Below, piece after piece: positions 36,706 to 49,048 of a stretch of 64,000 bases of DNA (the stretch's first letter is position 1; each line of letters begins with the position of its first letter). Below the pieces are notes generated by a model, which was not told the origin of the DNA, searched no databases, and saw nothing but the letters and a program-made list of their open reading frames with translations. The translations under genes and the position numbers were made by a program. The stretch is from an uncultured Gemmatimonadales bacterium (GTDB lineage Bacteria > Gemmatimonadota > Gemmatimonadetes > Gemmatimonadales > GWC2-71-9). Location of the stretch: assembly GCA_963773095.1 (NCBI GenBank), contig CAVYZY010000002.1, forward strand, positions 341,883 through 405,882. The letters run 5' to 3'.

Positions 36706-37823
36706 GCCGCGAGCAGTGCGGTGGCCATGTCGGCGACCCGGTCCGCCGCGCCGGGCGTACCGAGGCGCTGGCGCACGAGGGAGAGTCCCTCGCGCTGCGC
36801 CTGCGTGGCGGGATGCGCCGGATCGAGCAGCGGTGCCACCGCCTCGACCAGCCGCGCCGTGGTCACCTGCTCCTGGAGGATCTCGGGCACCACTTCGCGG
36901 CCGGCCACGAGGTTGACGAGGCTCACCCACTGCACGGTTACGAGCCGGCGAGTGAGGAACGCGGTGAGCGCATTCACCTTGTACGGCACGACCATCGGCG
37001 TATCGGTGAGGGCGGCCTCGAGGGTCGAGGTGCCCGACTTCACGATGGCGGCATCGGCGGCCGCGGCCACTGCGGGCGAAGCGCCGTACACGAGCGTGAC
37101 CGGCCCCTGTTCGGGATAGTCACCCTGATCCGTGGCGGCCACGAGGACGTGCGTCGCCACACCGCGATCGAGCAGTGATCGCGCGGCATCACGGAAGGGC
37201 GCCCAGAGGCGGCGAATCTCCCCGGCGCGACTGCCGGGAAAGAGGGCGAGCACCCGCTGGTCCGCCGAGACGCCGAACATCTCGCGCGCCGCGGCGCGGG
37301 AGGGCGGCGCCTCGCGGTCGAGCAGCGGATGGCCCACGTATTCGGCGTTCACGCCGACGTTGCGGAAGAAGGCTTCCTCAAAGGGGAGGATCACGGCGAG
37401 CCGGTCGCAAGCGGCGGCGAGGCGGCGCGCGCGCTGCGGGCGCCAGGCCCAGAGCTGCGGCGCGATGTAGTAGAGCACCGGAATGCCGGCGCGGTGCGCG
37501 GCCTCGGCGACATGCAGGTGAAACCCGGGATAGTCGATGAGGATGACGAGATCGTACTCCGAGCGGGCGAACGCGCGTTTCATGCGGCGGAGCAGCCGGA
37601 AGTGCGCCGGGATCTTCTCGAGGATCTCCACGATGCCGAAGGCCGCGAACCCCTCCATGGAAAACCGCACGTTGGCCCCCGCCGCCGCCATGCGCGGCCC
37701 CCCGAACGCGTCGAGCGCGGCGGAGGGCATTCGCTCTCGCAGGGCCCTCACCACCGCCGCCCCGTGCAGGTCGCCGGATGGCTCACCCGCCGACAGGAAT
37801 ATGCGGGGGGTTGCGGCGGTCAT
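36702..37823 (-). CDS. lpxB: Lipid-A-disaccharide synthase (C-terminal 373 aa of a continuous 699-aa ORF)
   Basis: MTAATPRIFLSAGEPSGDLHGA...DYPGFHLHVA...YYIAPQLWAWRP. No stop separates it from the upstream oxidoreductase as sequenced. Confidence 0.85.
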   Translation of the reverse strand: MTAATPRIFLSAGEPSGDLHGAAVVRALRERMPSAALDAFGGPRMAAAGANVRFSMEGFAAFGIVEILEKIPAHFRLLRRMKRAFARSEYDLVILIDYPGFHLHVAEAAHRAGIPVLYYIAPQLWAWRPQRARRLAAACDRLAVILPFEEAFFRNVGVNAEYVGHPLLDREAPPSRAAAREMFGVSADQRVLALFPGSRAGEIRRLWAPFRDAARSLLDRGVATHVLVAATDQGDYPEQGPVTLVYGASPAVAAAADAAIVKSGTSTLEAALTDTPMVVPYKVNALTAFLTRRLVTVQWVSLVNLVAGREVVPEILQEQVTTARLVEAVAPLLDPAHPATQAQREGLSLVRQRLGTPGAADRVADMATALLAA

Positions 37824-38801
37824 GCTCCCGCCGAGCAGGGACAGTGGCGTGGTGGTCACCGCATCGGTGACGCGGAGCGCCAGCGCGAGTGCCGCCCTGC
37901 CCTCCTCGCCGGTGATCACCGCCTCGCGGTCGCCCCGCACGGCGTGAATGAAGCTGTGCAACTCGAGCGAGAGCGCGTCGGCCTCAGGGGCGTTGAGCGG
38001 GATGAACTCCACGATGTCGGAGAGCTCCTGGGCAATGCCGGGGCGCCAACCGTCGCGCAGGCGCATGAAGTCGCCGCGGCCGGTGGCGAGGTCGAGCGAG
38101 AGGTAGCCGTTGGCCTGGAAGATCCGCAGCCGCCGCACGCGATCGCGGGCCACGCGGGAGGCGGTGACATTGGCCACCACACCGCCCTGGAACTCCACGC
38201 GCGCGTTGGCCATGTCGAGGTGCTGCGAGAGCACCGCCACGCCCGAGGCGCGCACGTCGATGGCCTCGGCGCCACCGGTGAGGTGCAGGATCAGGTCGAG
38301 GTCGTGGATCATGAGATCGAGCACGACGGCGACGTCGGTGCCGCGCGGCTGGAAGGACGCGAGGCGCTGACTCTCGAGATACAGCGGATGATGCAGCAGC
38401 GGCTCGGCGGCGCGCAGCGCCTGGTTGAAGCGCTCGATGTGCCCGACCTGCAGCTGGACGCCCTGCCGCGCGGCCTCGGCGATCAGCTCGTCGGCCTCGG
38501 CCACGGTGGCGGCGAGCGGCTTCTCCATGAGGATGGGGATGCCGCGGCGCAGCACCCGCAGCCCGACTTCCGCGTGGCACGCCGTCGGGACCGCGACGGT
38601 GACGGCGCGCACCTGGCCCAGCAACTCATCCAGGTCGTCGAAGGCCCGGCAGCCGCAGGCGGCCGCGACCTCGCGGGCGCGGGCCCGGTCGGTGTCGTAC
38701 ACACCGACGAGGATGGCCTCGGGCGACGCGGCGAGATGGCGGGCGTGGTGGCGCCCCAGCGCGCCCACGCCGATGACGCCGACGGGCAGCGCTGAGGTCA
38801 C
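37824..38801 (-). CDS. Gfo/Idh/MocA-family oxidoreductase (N-terminal 326 aa of the continuous ORF 36702-38801)
   Basis: [14 protein letters not shown] Rossmann motif and [17 protein letters not shown] start overlaps the lpxA stop (GTGA). Confidence 0.8.
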
Positions 38802-39577
38802 GCGGGAACCCCGCGGCCGGAGGACTCGACGAACGAGAGGAAGCGCTCCACCTCGGGCAGCGGGGGCACCTCCTCGCGCGCGCGCGCGATGGCGCGGCCG
38901 AGGCTCAGGTCGGAGTTGAAGACGATGCGATAGGCGCGCTTGAGGCTGGTGACTACCTCGGCACCCACGCCGGCGCGCTGCAGGCCGATGGTGTTGAGCC
39001 CGTAGAGCTCGATGGGGCTGCCAACGGCCTTGGTGAACGGCGGGACATCCTGGGTGACGCGTGACCCTCCGCCGACGAACGAGTACTCACCGATGGTGAC
39101 GAACTGGTGAATCCCGTTGAGGCCGCTGATGATGGCATGATCCTGCACGGTGACGTGGCCGGCCAGCTGGGTGGCGTTGGCGATGACGACGTGCGCACCG
39201 ACGCGGCAATCGTGCGCCACATGCACGTAGGTCATGAGGAAGCAGCTGGCGCCGATGACGGTGCGACCGGTGGCGGTGGTGCCGCGGTTGATGGTGCAAT
39301 ACTCGCGGATGGCGGTATCGGCGCCGATCTCGACCCAGGTTTCCTCGCCGCGATACTTGGTGTCCTGGGGATCGCCGCCCACCAGCGTGCCCTCACCGAG
39401 GCGCACGCCGGAGGCGAGGCGCACATGCTGCTGCAGCGTGACGCGGGGGCCGAGGTGGCAATGGTCGCCGACCTCGACGCCGGGACCGACGAGCACCCAC
39501 GGCCCGACCTCGACGCCGACGCCGAGGCTCGCGCCCGGGTCGATGATGGCGGTGGGGTGAATGCGGGTTGCGGTCAC
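38798..39577 (-). CDS. lpxA: Acyl-ACP--UDP-GlcNAc O-acyltransferase
   Basis: [26 protein letters not shown] hexapeptide repeats. 259 aa. GTG at 39577 overlaps the fabZ-frame stop (GTGA). Confidence 0.85.
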   Translation of the reverse strand: MTATRIHPTAIIDPGASLGVGVEVGPWVLVGPGVEVGDHCHLGPRVTLQQHVRLASGVRLGEGTLVGGDPQDTKYRGEETWVEIGADTAIREYCTINRGTTATGRTVIGASCFLMTYVHVAHDCRVGAHVVIANATQLAGHVTVQDHAIISGLNGIHQFVTIGEYSFVGGGSRVTQDVPPFTKAVGSPIELYGLNTIGLQRAGVGAEVVTSLKRAYRIVFNSDLSLGRAIARAREEVPPLPEVERFLSFVESSGRGVPA

Positions 39578-40843
39578 CGGTCGACCACGCGCGCGAGCAT
39601 CTCCGCCTCGGCCACCAGCTGACCCTCGACGTAGGCCTCGCCCTTGAGGCGCCGGGCGCGACCCTTGCCCTGCACGAGAGTCACCTCGAGACGCAACTGG
39701 TCGCCGGGCACGACGGGCCGGCGGAACTTCACGTTGTCGAGCGCCATGAAGTACGCGATGTGCTTCGCGGGATCGATCTGCTTGTCCATGAGCGAGGACG
39801 CAGCCGGCCTGGGCCAGGGCCTCGACGATGAGCACGCCGGGCATGATGGGATGGCCGGGAAAATGACCCTGGAAGAACGGCTCGTTGATGGTCACGTTCT
39901 TGATGCCCACCACGCGGCGCTCCTCCTCGACCTCGATGATACGGTCGACGAGGAGGAACGGATACCGGTGCGGCAGGATATCCATGATCTGGCTGATCTC
40001 GAGCACGTGCCCTCCCTGACGTTCCGCCGTGCGAATGAGGCGCTGCGCCAGCGCCACGTTTCCCTGGTGGCTGGGCCGCTCGGCGATGATGTGCGCCTTG
40101 AGCCGCCCGCCGATCAACGCAATGTCGCCGATGACGTCGCCGGCCTTGTGGCGCACGAACTCATCGGGCCAGCGCAGCGTGGTGCCCACCACGCCGTCGT
40201 CGGACAGGACGATGACGTTCTCGACGGCGCCGCCCAGGGCGAATCCGCGCGCCCGGAGCTCGACGACCTCGCGCTCGAAGCCGAAGGTGCGCGCCCCGGC
40301 GATCTCCCGCCCGAACGTTCCCGCATCGACGGTCCACTCGCCGGTCTGCCGTCCGATGACCGGGTGATCCCACTCGACGCTCACGGTGAGCCGGAAGTCG
40401 TCGGCCGGCAGCACCCGGTAAGATGCACCCCCCTCGGTCAGGACAAAGCCCTCCCGCACCTGGTACGACACCGGGCTGCCGGGCACCTCGGCCACCCCGG
40501 CCGACGCCAGGGCCTCCAGCCAGGGCTCGAAGGAGCCGTCGAGGATGGGCAGCTCGGGGCCGTCCACTTCGACCGCGATGTCGTCGAGCCCCAGGGCGAA
40601 GGCAGCGGCAAGCAGGTGCTCCACGGTATAGATGGTGTCATCACCCTCTCCGAGGCCGGTGCGCCGTTCGGTGGCGCCCACGCGATGCGGGCGGGCCAGC
40701 ACGGCCGCCGTCTTCCCACCACGCTGGGCGAAGGTGATGCCCTGCCCCGCCGGCGCGGGCCGGCACTCGACGGTGCTGGTGACACCGGAATGCAGGGCGA
40801 CGCCGCGGAGCGTGACCTCGCGAGCCAGGGTGCGCCTAGGCAT
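39574..40843 (-). pseudogene. lpxC: Bifunctional UDP-3-O-acyl-GlcNAc deacetylase / 3-hydroxyacyl-ACP dehydratase (LpxC-FabZ fusion), one extra base near 39790
   Basis: LpxC and the FabZ N-terminal part ([11 protein letters not shown]...[25 protein letters not shown]) are in one frame. The FabZ C-terminus ([32 protein letters not shown]...) is in another. Length is 1270 nt, i.e. 3n+1. Confidence 0.85.
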
Positions 40844-41871
40844 CGCCGCGGCGCTCCGCGACGATCCGCTCGAGCTCGGCCATGAGGGCCGGGAGGCGCA
40901 ACGAGGCCGCCTGCACCCGCAGCGTCTCGCGGTGATTCCGGGCGACGTATCCGCTGACGGTGGCGCCCGCCGGCACGTCGCGGAACACGCCCGAGCCGGC
41001 GCCGACGCGGGCGCCATCGCCGATGCTCACATGATCGCCGAGGCCCGCGCCACCGCCCACGACGACGAAGCGCCCGAGCCGGGTGCTCCCGCCCACCAGC
41101 GTGCCGCCCGCCAGGATGCAATGCTCGCCGATGCGCACGTTGTGCCCCACATGCACCATGTTGTCGATCTTGGTCCCCCGCTCGATGACGGTGTCATCGA
41201 TGCTGCCGCAATCGACGCTGCAGAGAGCACCGATCTCGACGTCGTCGCCAATGACGAGGCCGCCGACGTGGGGGATGCGCTGGTGTCCGGCGGCGCTGCT
41301 GTGGAAGCCGAAACCGGTGCCACCCAGGACCGTGTTCGCCTTGATCCAGACCCGAGCGCCGATCCGCACCCGCGCTCCGCACACGACGTGGGCGCCAATG
41401 CGGCAAGTCGTCGCCGAGGACCACGTCGTCCTCGAGGATGACGCCGGCATCGAGGCGGGTCCCTGCGCCGAGCTTCACCCGCGCACCGAGCACCACATGC
41501 GGCCCGATGGACACTCCACTCCCGAGTTCGACGCCGGGCCCGAGCCGGGCCGTCGGGTCGAGGCCCGGCACCGGGACCGGGGACGGGTGCAGCCGGGTCA
41601 CCACCTGCGTCAATGCGCGGGCGGGATCGGCGACCACCACGGTGGTCGTGACGGCGGCCGCCTCGGCGGCCAGCTCCTCAGGGACGAGCACAACGCCGGC
41701 GGCAGAATTCTTCAGCTCGCCGCGATACGCCGCGGACACCACCAGCGACAGGTCATCCGGCCCGGCGCGATCGAGCGACGCGACCGACCGGATGAGCACC
41801 GACCCATTGCCAAGCAGGCGGCCGCCGACGAGGTCGGCGACCGCCTGCGCGGTGAGAGCGGTCCTGGCCAC
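40836..41871 (-). pseudogene. lpxD: UDP-3-O-acylglucosamine N-acyltransferase, one extra base near 41405
   Basis: N-terminal ORF 41194-41871 is conserved up to ...VILEDDVVLGDD. C-terminal ORF 40836-41450 is conserved from CRIGAHVVCGARV... Junction reads GAC GAC T TGC CGC. Length is 1036 nt, i.e. 3n+1. Confidence 0.85.
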
Positions 41872-41876
41872 CTGGG

Positions 41877-42459
41877 TCAGTTGGTGGCCTTGAGCTTTTC
41901 GATCACCCGGTCGGTGAGGTCCAGGGACCGGTCGGCCGCCACGATGTTCCCGCCCTGCGCGCTCACGTCGAAGATGAAGGCATAGTTCCCCTCCGCGCGG
42001 AGCGACTCGATGACGGCGTTCACCTTCTGCTGCAGCGGAGCCAGCAGCTCGGACTCGCGCGCCTGCGCCTTCTGCTGGAGCTCCTGGGCGCGCGTCTCGA
42101 GGGCGGTGCGCTTGGTCTCGAGTTCATTGCGCTTCGCCTGACGCTGGGTCGGGCTCAGCACCACGGACTGCTGCTCGTACTCGGAGGCCATCGAGTCAAG
42201 GGAAGCCTGGAGCTTCTGCAGCTCGGCGCGGTAACCTTCACTTTCCTTGGTGAAGGTCTGCTCCGCCGTGGTCCATCCCGGGGTGGACTGGAGGATCCGG
42301 CGGGCGTTCACGAAGGCGAGCTTCGTCGCGCCGGAGGGGGCCGGGGCCGGGCGCCGCCGGCTTCGTGGCCGGCTTCGCCTGCGCCTGAACGGGGGCCACC
42401 GCCACCGCCGCCACCACCAGCGTCCCAATGCCGCGCATCACCACACCTGCGAACCGCAT
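41877..42459 (-). pseudogene. skp: OmpH/Skp periplasmic chaperone, one extra base in a C5 run at 42336-42340
   Basis: Signal peptide MRFAGVVMRGIGTLVVAAVAVAPVQAQ (AGGAG 6 nt upstream) is in one frame. The mature OmpH-like coiled coil (TKLAFVNARRILQSTPGW...) is in another. Length is 583 nt, i.e. 3n+1. Confidence 0.8.
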
Positions 42460-42491
42460 GTCATGCTCCTGAGTGAGAAGGTTCACCGCTA

Positions 42492-44891
42492 CTAAAAGAA
42501 GTTGCCGAGCCGGAAATGGAGCTGCCAGCCGGGATCGGGCTGCAGCAACAGATTGGTCCGGTCAAACCCGTATCCAAGATCGATGCCGATCGGTCCGAGC
42601 GGCGACACGACGGCCACGCCGAAGCCGGCGCCACGCATGAGCCGGGTCGGGTCCCACTGGGCCGCGCTCCGGTAGTTGTTGCCCGCGTCGGCAAACACGT
42701 TCACGTACAGGAACTGGCTGACGCGCGCGCCGAGCGACAGGTTGAACGCCGCGGCCGACTTGCCGAAGGCGTTCGGGCTGGCGCGGTTGGTGGCCGCCAG
42801 CGGATCGTACCCGTTGGGCGTAATCGAGAACTCCGGGTACCCGCGCAACGGAATGCCGAACTGCACGCCGCCCATGGAATAGAGCTCCGTAAAGAACGGC
42901 CCGGCGTCGCCGAAAATGAAACCTGAACGCGCGGCGAACGCGAGCACGAGTTGTATGCCGCTGCCCAGCTGGGCCGGATTGCCGCCCAGAACGCCCAGGG
43001 GGGCATAGAACCGGGCTTCCGCGTCGAACTTCTGGAAGTCGCCGGTGCCGCCCAGGATGCCGCCGTTCATTTCGCCCGAGAAGTTGAGGTACGTGCCGCC
43101 CGTGGCAAAGGGGAGGCCCACCCGGGTGTCCTTCACTACGGACGCGCCAAGGGTGGATCGGGTGCACTGGATACAGTTGTAGCGGGCGCGGAGGCCGATC
43201 GAGCCGCCGGAATATGAGATCCGCTGCAGACCGTAATTCAGGAAGAGCCGGGTGTACCGGGCCCCCAGCAGCGGGAAGCCGAACTGGATGAGCCCGCCGG
43301 CCTGCCGGCGCCGACCGAGGTCGCCGACTATGTACCGGGCACGGGAATCGAAGATCGAGAGCGTCCCCGAAATCCGGGTTTCCCGGATGTTGGGGTCGGT
43401 GTAGGACAGGTTCAGGTCCTGAATGTTCCGGCCGAACTGCCACTGAAGCTTGCCCCGCTTGCCCTGGCCGAAGAGGTTGGGCTCCTCGAGCCCGATGAAC
43501 CCGCCGATGCCGGTGCCCTGCCCGAGTGATGCGCCAAAGTTGATGTTGCCGGTGTGCTTTTCCTCCACCCGGAAGGTGATGTCCACCTCAGTGTGGGTCT
43601 CGGAGGGCACCACGTCGGGGGAAGGCATCGGCTGCTGGAAGAACCCGAGGTTGGCGATGTTCTGCCAGGAGCGGATGAGGGCCTCCCGGCTGAACACCTG
43701 GCCGGGATACAGGACGACGGCCTCGCGGATAACGCGCTCGTGGGTCACGTCGTTGCCGACGATATTGATCTTGTTGACGGTTACGACGTTCCCCTCGCGA
43801 ATGTTCCAGCGCAGGTCGACCACCGGCTGCGAGTCGGCGCCAGTCCTCCGGATCTCCTCGGGCACGACCTGGGCGTAGATGTAACCGGTGTTGGCGTAGA
43901 GGTTCTGGATCCCCTCGGTGGCCTTCTCCCAGGCGGTGCGGTTGAACGGGATCCTGCCCCTGGGGGCGCCACCCGGCGCCACCGGTCCGAACGGGAAATA
44001 CTGCATCAGCTCGTCAGTGGAATACTGCCGGTTGCCGATCATGTCGAAGGTGCCCACGGTATAGAGGGGCCCTTCCTCGATGGTGAGCCGGAGCGTGGCC
44101 TTGGCGCGCTTCACGTCGGGGATGAGGCTGTCGTCCACGACCTGGAAGTCGATGTAGCCCCTCGAGGCATACCAGGCCGGCAGGCGCTCGCGAATGTCTC
44201 CCTCGAGCACGTCCTCGTCGTAGGCGCCCTTCTGCCACCACCAGAATCCCTCGGGCTGGGTGCCCATGTGCTTGACGATGTCGCCGTCGGTGTACTTGCC
44301 CTTCTCGCCCTCGATCTCGACCATCGAGACGGCGACACGCGCGCCCTCGACGATGGTGTAGGTGACGTCCACGCGGCCATCGTACGCGGTGATGGCCTGG
44401 ACGGTCACGGTGGCGGAGTAGTAGCCGCGATTGCGATAGAGGGAATCGATGGCGAACTGGCCGTGCGCGATGGCCACCCGGTCCACGGGGCGGTTGACCA
44501 GCAATTTGACCTGGTCGCGCACGGTGCCGATGGGGATCTTGCTCGGGCCGACGACGGTCCAGCTGGCGAGGAGCGGGCGTTCCACGACGGTGATGACGAG
44601 GATGTTCTTCCCGTTCTCGAGGCGGGTGTCGATCCTGACGTCGTCGAACCCGCCGGAGCGGTAGACCGCGGCGATGGCCTTCTGGATGTCGCGGGGGCTG
44701 GGCCGCTGCTGCAGCACGAGGCCGGTCGCCGAGATGATGAAGGAGGCGGGGACGCGCGTGGCGCCCACCACCTCGAAGCTGTCGATGGGGGCAGGCTGCG
44801 CCGGCGGGGTGACCGGCGCCTGCTGTGCCGTGAGCGGTGTTGCCGCCCATGCCAGCAGCGGCCATACCAGCAGGAGGAAGAGCCGGCGCAT
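42492..44891 (-). CDS. bamA: Outer membrane protein assembly factor BamA
   Basis: Signal peptide MRRLFLLLVWPLLAWA, POTRA repeats, and a C-terminal beta-barrel ending ...HFRLGNFF. ATG 44891 preferred over TTG 44945. Confidence 0.9.
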   Translation of the reverse strand: MRRLFLLLVWPLLAWAATPLTAQQAPVTPPAQPAPIDSFEVVGATRVPASFIISATGLVLQQRPSPRDIQKAIAAVYRSGGFDDVRIDTRLENGKNILVITVVERPLLASWTVVGPSKIPIGTVRDQVKLLVNRPVDRVAIAHGQFAIDSLYRNRGYYSATVTVQAITAYDGRVDVTYTIVEGARVAVSMVEIEGEKGKYTDGDIVKHMGTQPEGFWWWQKGAYDEDVLEGDIRERLPAWYASRGYIDFQVVDDSLIPDVKRAKATLRLTIEEGPLYTVGTFDMIGNRQYSTDELMQYFPFGPVAPGGAPRGRIPFNRTAWEKATEGIQNLYANTGYIYAQVVPEEIRRTGADSQPVVDLRWNIREGNVVTVNKINIVGNDVTHERVIREAVVLYPGQVFSREALIRSWQNIANLGFFQQPMPSPDVVPSETHTEVDITFRVEEKHTGNINFGASLGQGTGIGGFIGLEEPNLFGQGKRGKLQWQFGRNIQDLNLSYTDPNIRETRISGTLSIFDSRARYIVGDLGRRRQAGGLIQFGFPLLGARYTRLFLNYGLQRISYSGGSIGLRARYNCIQCTRSTLGASVVKDTRVGLPFATGGTYLNFSGEMNGGILGGTGDFQKFDAEARFYAPLGVLGGNPAQLGSGIQLVLAFAARSGFIFGDAGPFFTELYSMGGVQFGIPLRGYPEFSITPNGYDPLAATNRASPNAFGKSAAAFNLSLGARVSQFLYVNVFADAGNNYRSAAQWDPTRLMRGAGFGVAVVSPLGPIGIDLGYGFDRTNLLLQPDPGWQLHFRLGNFF

Positions 44892-44941
44892 CCGCGACAG
44901 ACAGACGGCGGCGCCCCCGGAGGGACGCCGCCGGGGCTGCG

Positions 44942-47416
<2,475 letters not shown>

Positions 47417-47447
47417 CTGGAGTTTCCTGCCAGGAGTCTTTTCCGCT

Positions 47448-48530
47448 TCATCGCCGCCGACCGACCTCGTCCTCGAGGACCCTGCGCACGTGGGCCGCGC
47501 GGCGCACGGGGAGATCGGGATCACCGGGCGTCATCCCCTCCAACTGGGCGAGGTGCGCCGGCTGCGTATTGATCAACAACTTGTTGAGCGGGTACATGCC
47601 GACGCCGGGGATGATGTTCATGCCCACGCCAAGCCGGACACCGCTGAGGAGGTTCATCGCCTCCTCGAAGGACATCGTGCGGGCGTAGCGCAGCAGCCCG
47701 AACGCGCGCCAGACCTTGTCCTCCGTGACAGTCGGCGCATTGCGGAGCAGCACATCGCGAGCCTGTTCCTCGTACGCCATCACCTGCCGGACCATCTTGG
47801 CGAGGTGATCGAGCAGCTCGTGCTCCGACTTACCGAGCGTCGTCTGGTTGGACAACTGGAAAAAGTTGCCGACGACCTCGCTTCCCTCGCCGTACAACCC
47901 GCGGTAGGTCAGACCGACCTGCGCCAGGCCCTGCAGGACCTTCGAGATTTCCTTGGTCAGGACGAGCCCCGGAAGGTGGATCAACACCGAGGCGCGCAGA
48001 CCCGTTCCGACGTTGGTCGGACACGAGGTAAGGTAACCGAACTCAGGATGAAATGCGAAGGGAAGTCGTTGTCCCAGTTCGGTGTCCAGACGTTTCACCT
48101 CGTCGTAGACGGCGGCCAGATTGAACCCCGAACAAAACCCCTGCAACCTCAGGTGATCCTCCTCGTTGACCATGACGCCGAGGTGTCCCTGGAGGAGCAG
48201 GCTGGCGCCGGTCCGGACCCTCGCGTCGGCCTCCAGGCCGGCCAATTCGCGGCTCACGAGGTGCCGCTCGTGCAGCAGCTGCCGGTCGGCGTGTTCCAGC
48301 CGGTCCAGCCGGAAGCGAACGGCCTGCTTCAGCACCGGCGTGTCGGCGGCGGCGCCCTCGAGGTCGCGCAGGACGAGCTCGCGCTCGCGATCGGTGTTCC
48401 GGCTGGTGAAGATGCGGCCGGCGAGGTTGCGGGCCAGGCGCACGCGGGTGGAAAGCACCATGTGGCTGGCCGGCCCGCTCGCGTCGAGCCAGCCCACACC
48501 GCCATCGGGCACCAGCGAGAGATCGATCAT
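47448..48530 (-). CDS. mcsB: Protein arginine kinase McsB
   Basis: ATP:guanido phosphotransferase motif CPTNVGTGLRASV. 360 aa. Confidence 0.85.
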   Translation of the reverse strand: MIDLSLVPDGGVGWLDASGPASHMVLSTRVRLARNLAGRIFTSRNTDRERELVLRDLEGAAADTPVLKQAVRFRLDRLEHADRQLLHERHLVSRELAGLEADARVRTGASLLLQGHLGVMVNEEDHLRLQGFCSGFNLAAVYDEVKRLDTELGQRLPFAFHPEFGYLTSCPTNVGTGLRASVLIHLPGLVLTKEISKVLQGLAQVGLTYRGLYGEGSEVVGNFFQLSNQTTLGKSEHELLDHLAKMVRQVMAYEEQARDVLLRNAPTVTEDKVWRAFGLLRYARTMSFEEAMNLLSGVRLGVGMNIIPGVGMYPLNKLLINTQPAHLAQLEGMTPGDPDLPVRRAAHVRRVLEDEVGRRR

Positions 48531-49048
48531 TCGACGCCCTCCAGAGTGCGCAGGCGGTCCCTCAGCTCGGCGGCCAGCTCGAAGTCCTCGGCGGCCACGG
48601 CGGCGCGGAGCCGGTCGCGCAGGGCGACCGCGGGATCCTCCGTGACCGACAGGTTCTCCGGCAGCAGCTCCCCCGGGGTGGCGCCAGGCGCCAGGTACCG
48701 GTCACCGACGTGGGTGGTGGAGCCATGCAGGCGGCGCAGGAGGTCACGCAGCTCGGCGCCGAAGGTGGCGTAGCACTCGCCGCAGCCGAGACGGCCGGCC
48801 TCGCGGAAATCCTGGAGCGTGGCGCCGCAGCCGGGACAGGCCACGCGGGTGCCCGTGCCGCGGGGCCCCGGCGACTTGCCCATGGCGGCGAGGAAGCTCC
48901 CGAGCGGCGTCTTGGGCAGGAGCGTGGAGCTCTCCACCCCGCGCTCGGCGGCGCACCGCTCGCACAGGTGCTGGGTGGTGACCTGCTCGTCGACGATCTG
49001 GGTCAGGTGGACCACCGCTTCGCGTTCGTTGCACTGGTCGCACTGCAT
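48527..49048 (-). CDS. mcsA: McsA-like UvrB/UvrC-motif protein (arginine kinase activator)
   Basis: N-terminal Cys clusters (CDQCNE...CERC, CPGCG...CGEC) and a C-terminal UVR motif (EDFELAAELRDRLRTLE). Confidence 0.8.
   Translation of the reverse strand: MQCDQCNEREAVVHLTQIVDEQVTTQHLCERCAAERGVESSTLLPKTPLGSFLAAMGKSPGPRGTGTRVACPGCGATLQDFREAGRLGCGECYATFGAELRDLLRRLHGSTTHVGDRYLAPGATPGELLPENLSVTEDPAVALRDRLRAAVAAEDFELAAELRDRLRTLEGVE

Noticed and set aside
38798-41017. A 739-aa ORF that looks like a trifunctional LpxC-FabZ-LpxA protein
   Set aside because: The central ~70 residues (…[32 protein letters not shown]…) are low-complexity read-through. The genuine FabZ C-terminus lies in another frame (39574-39789). 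LpxA has its own GTG start at 39577, overlapping that frame's stop.
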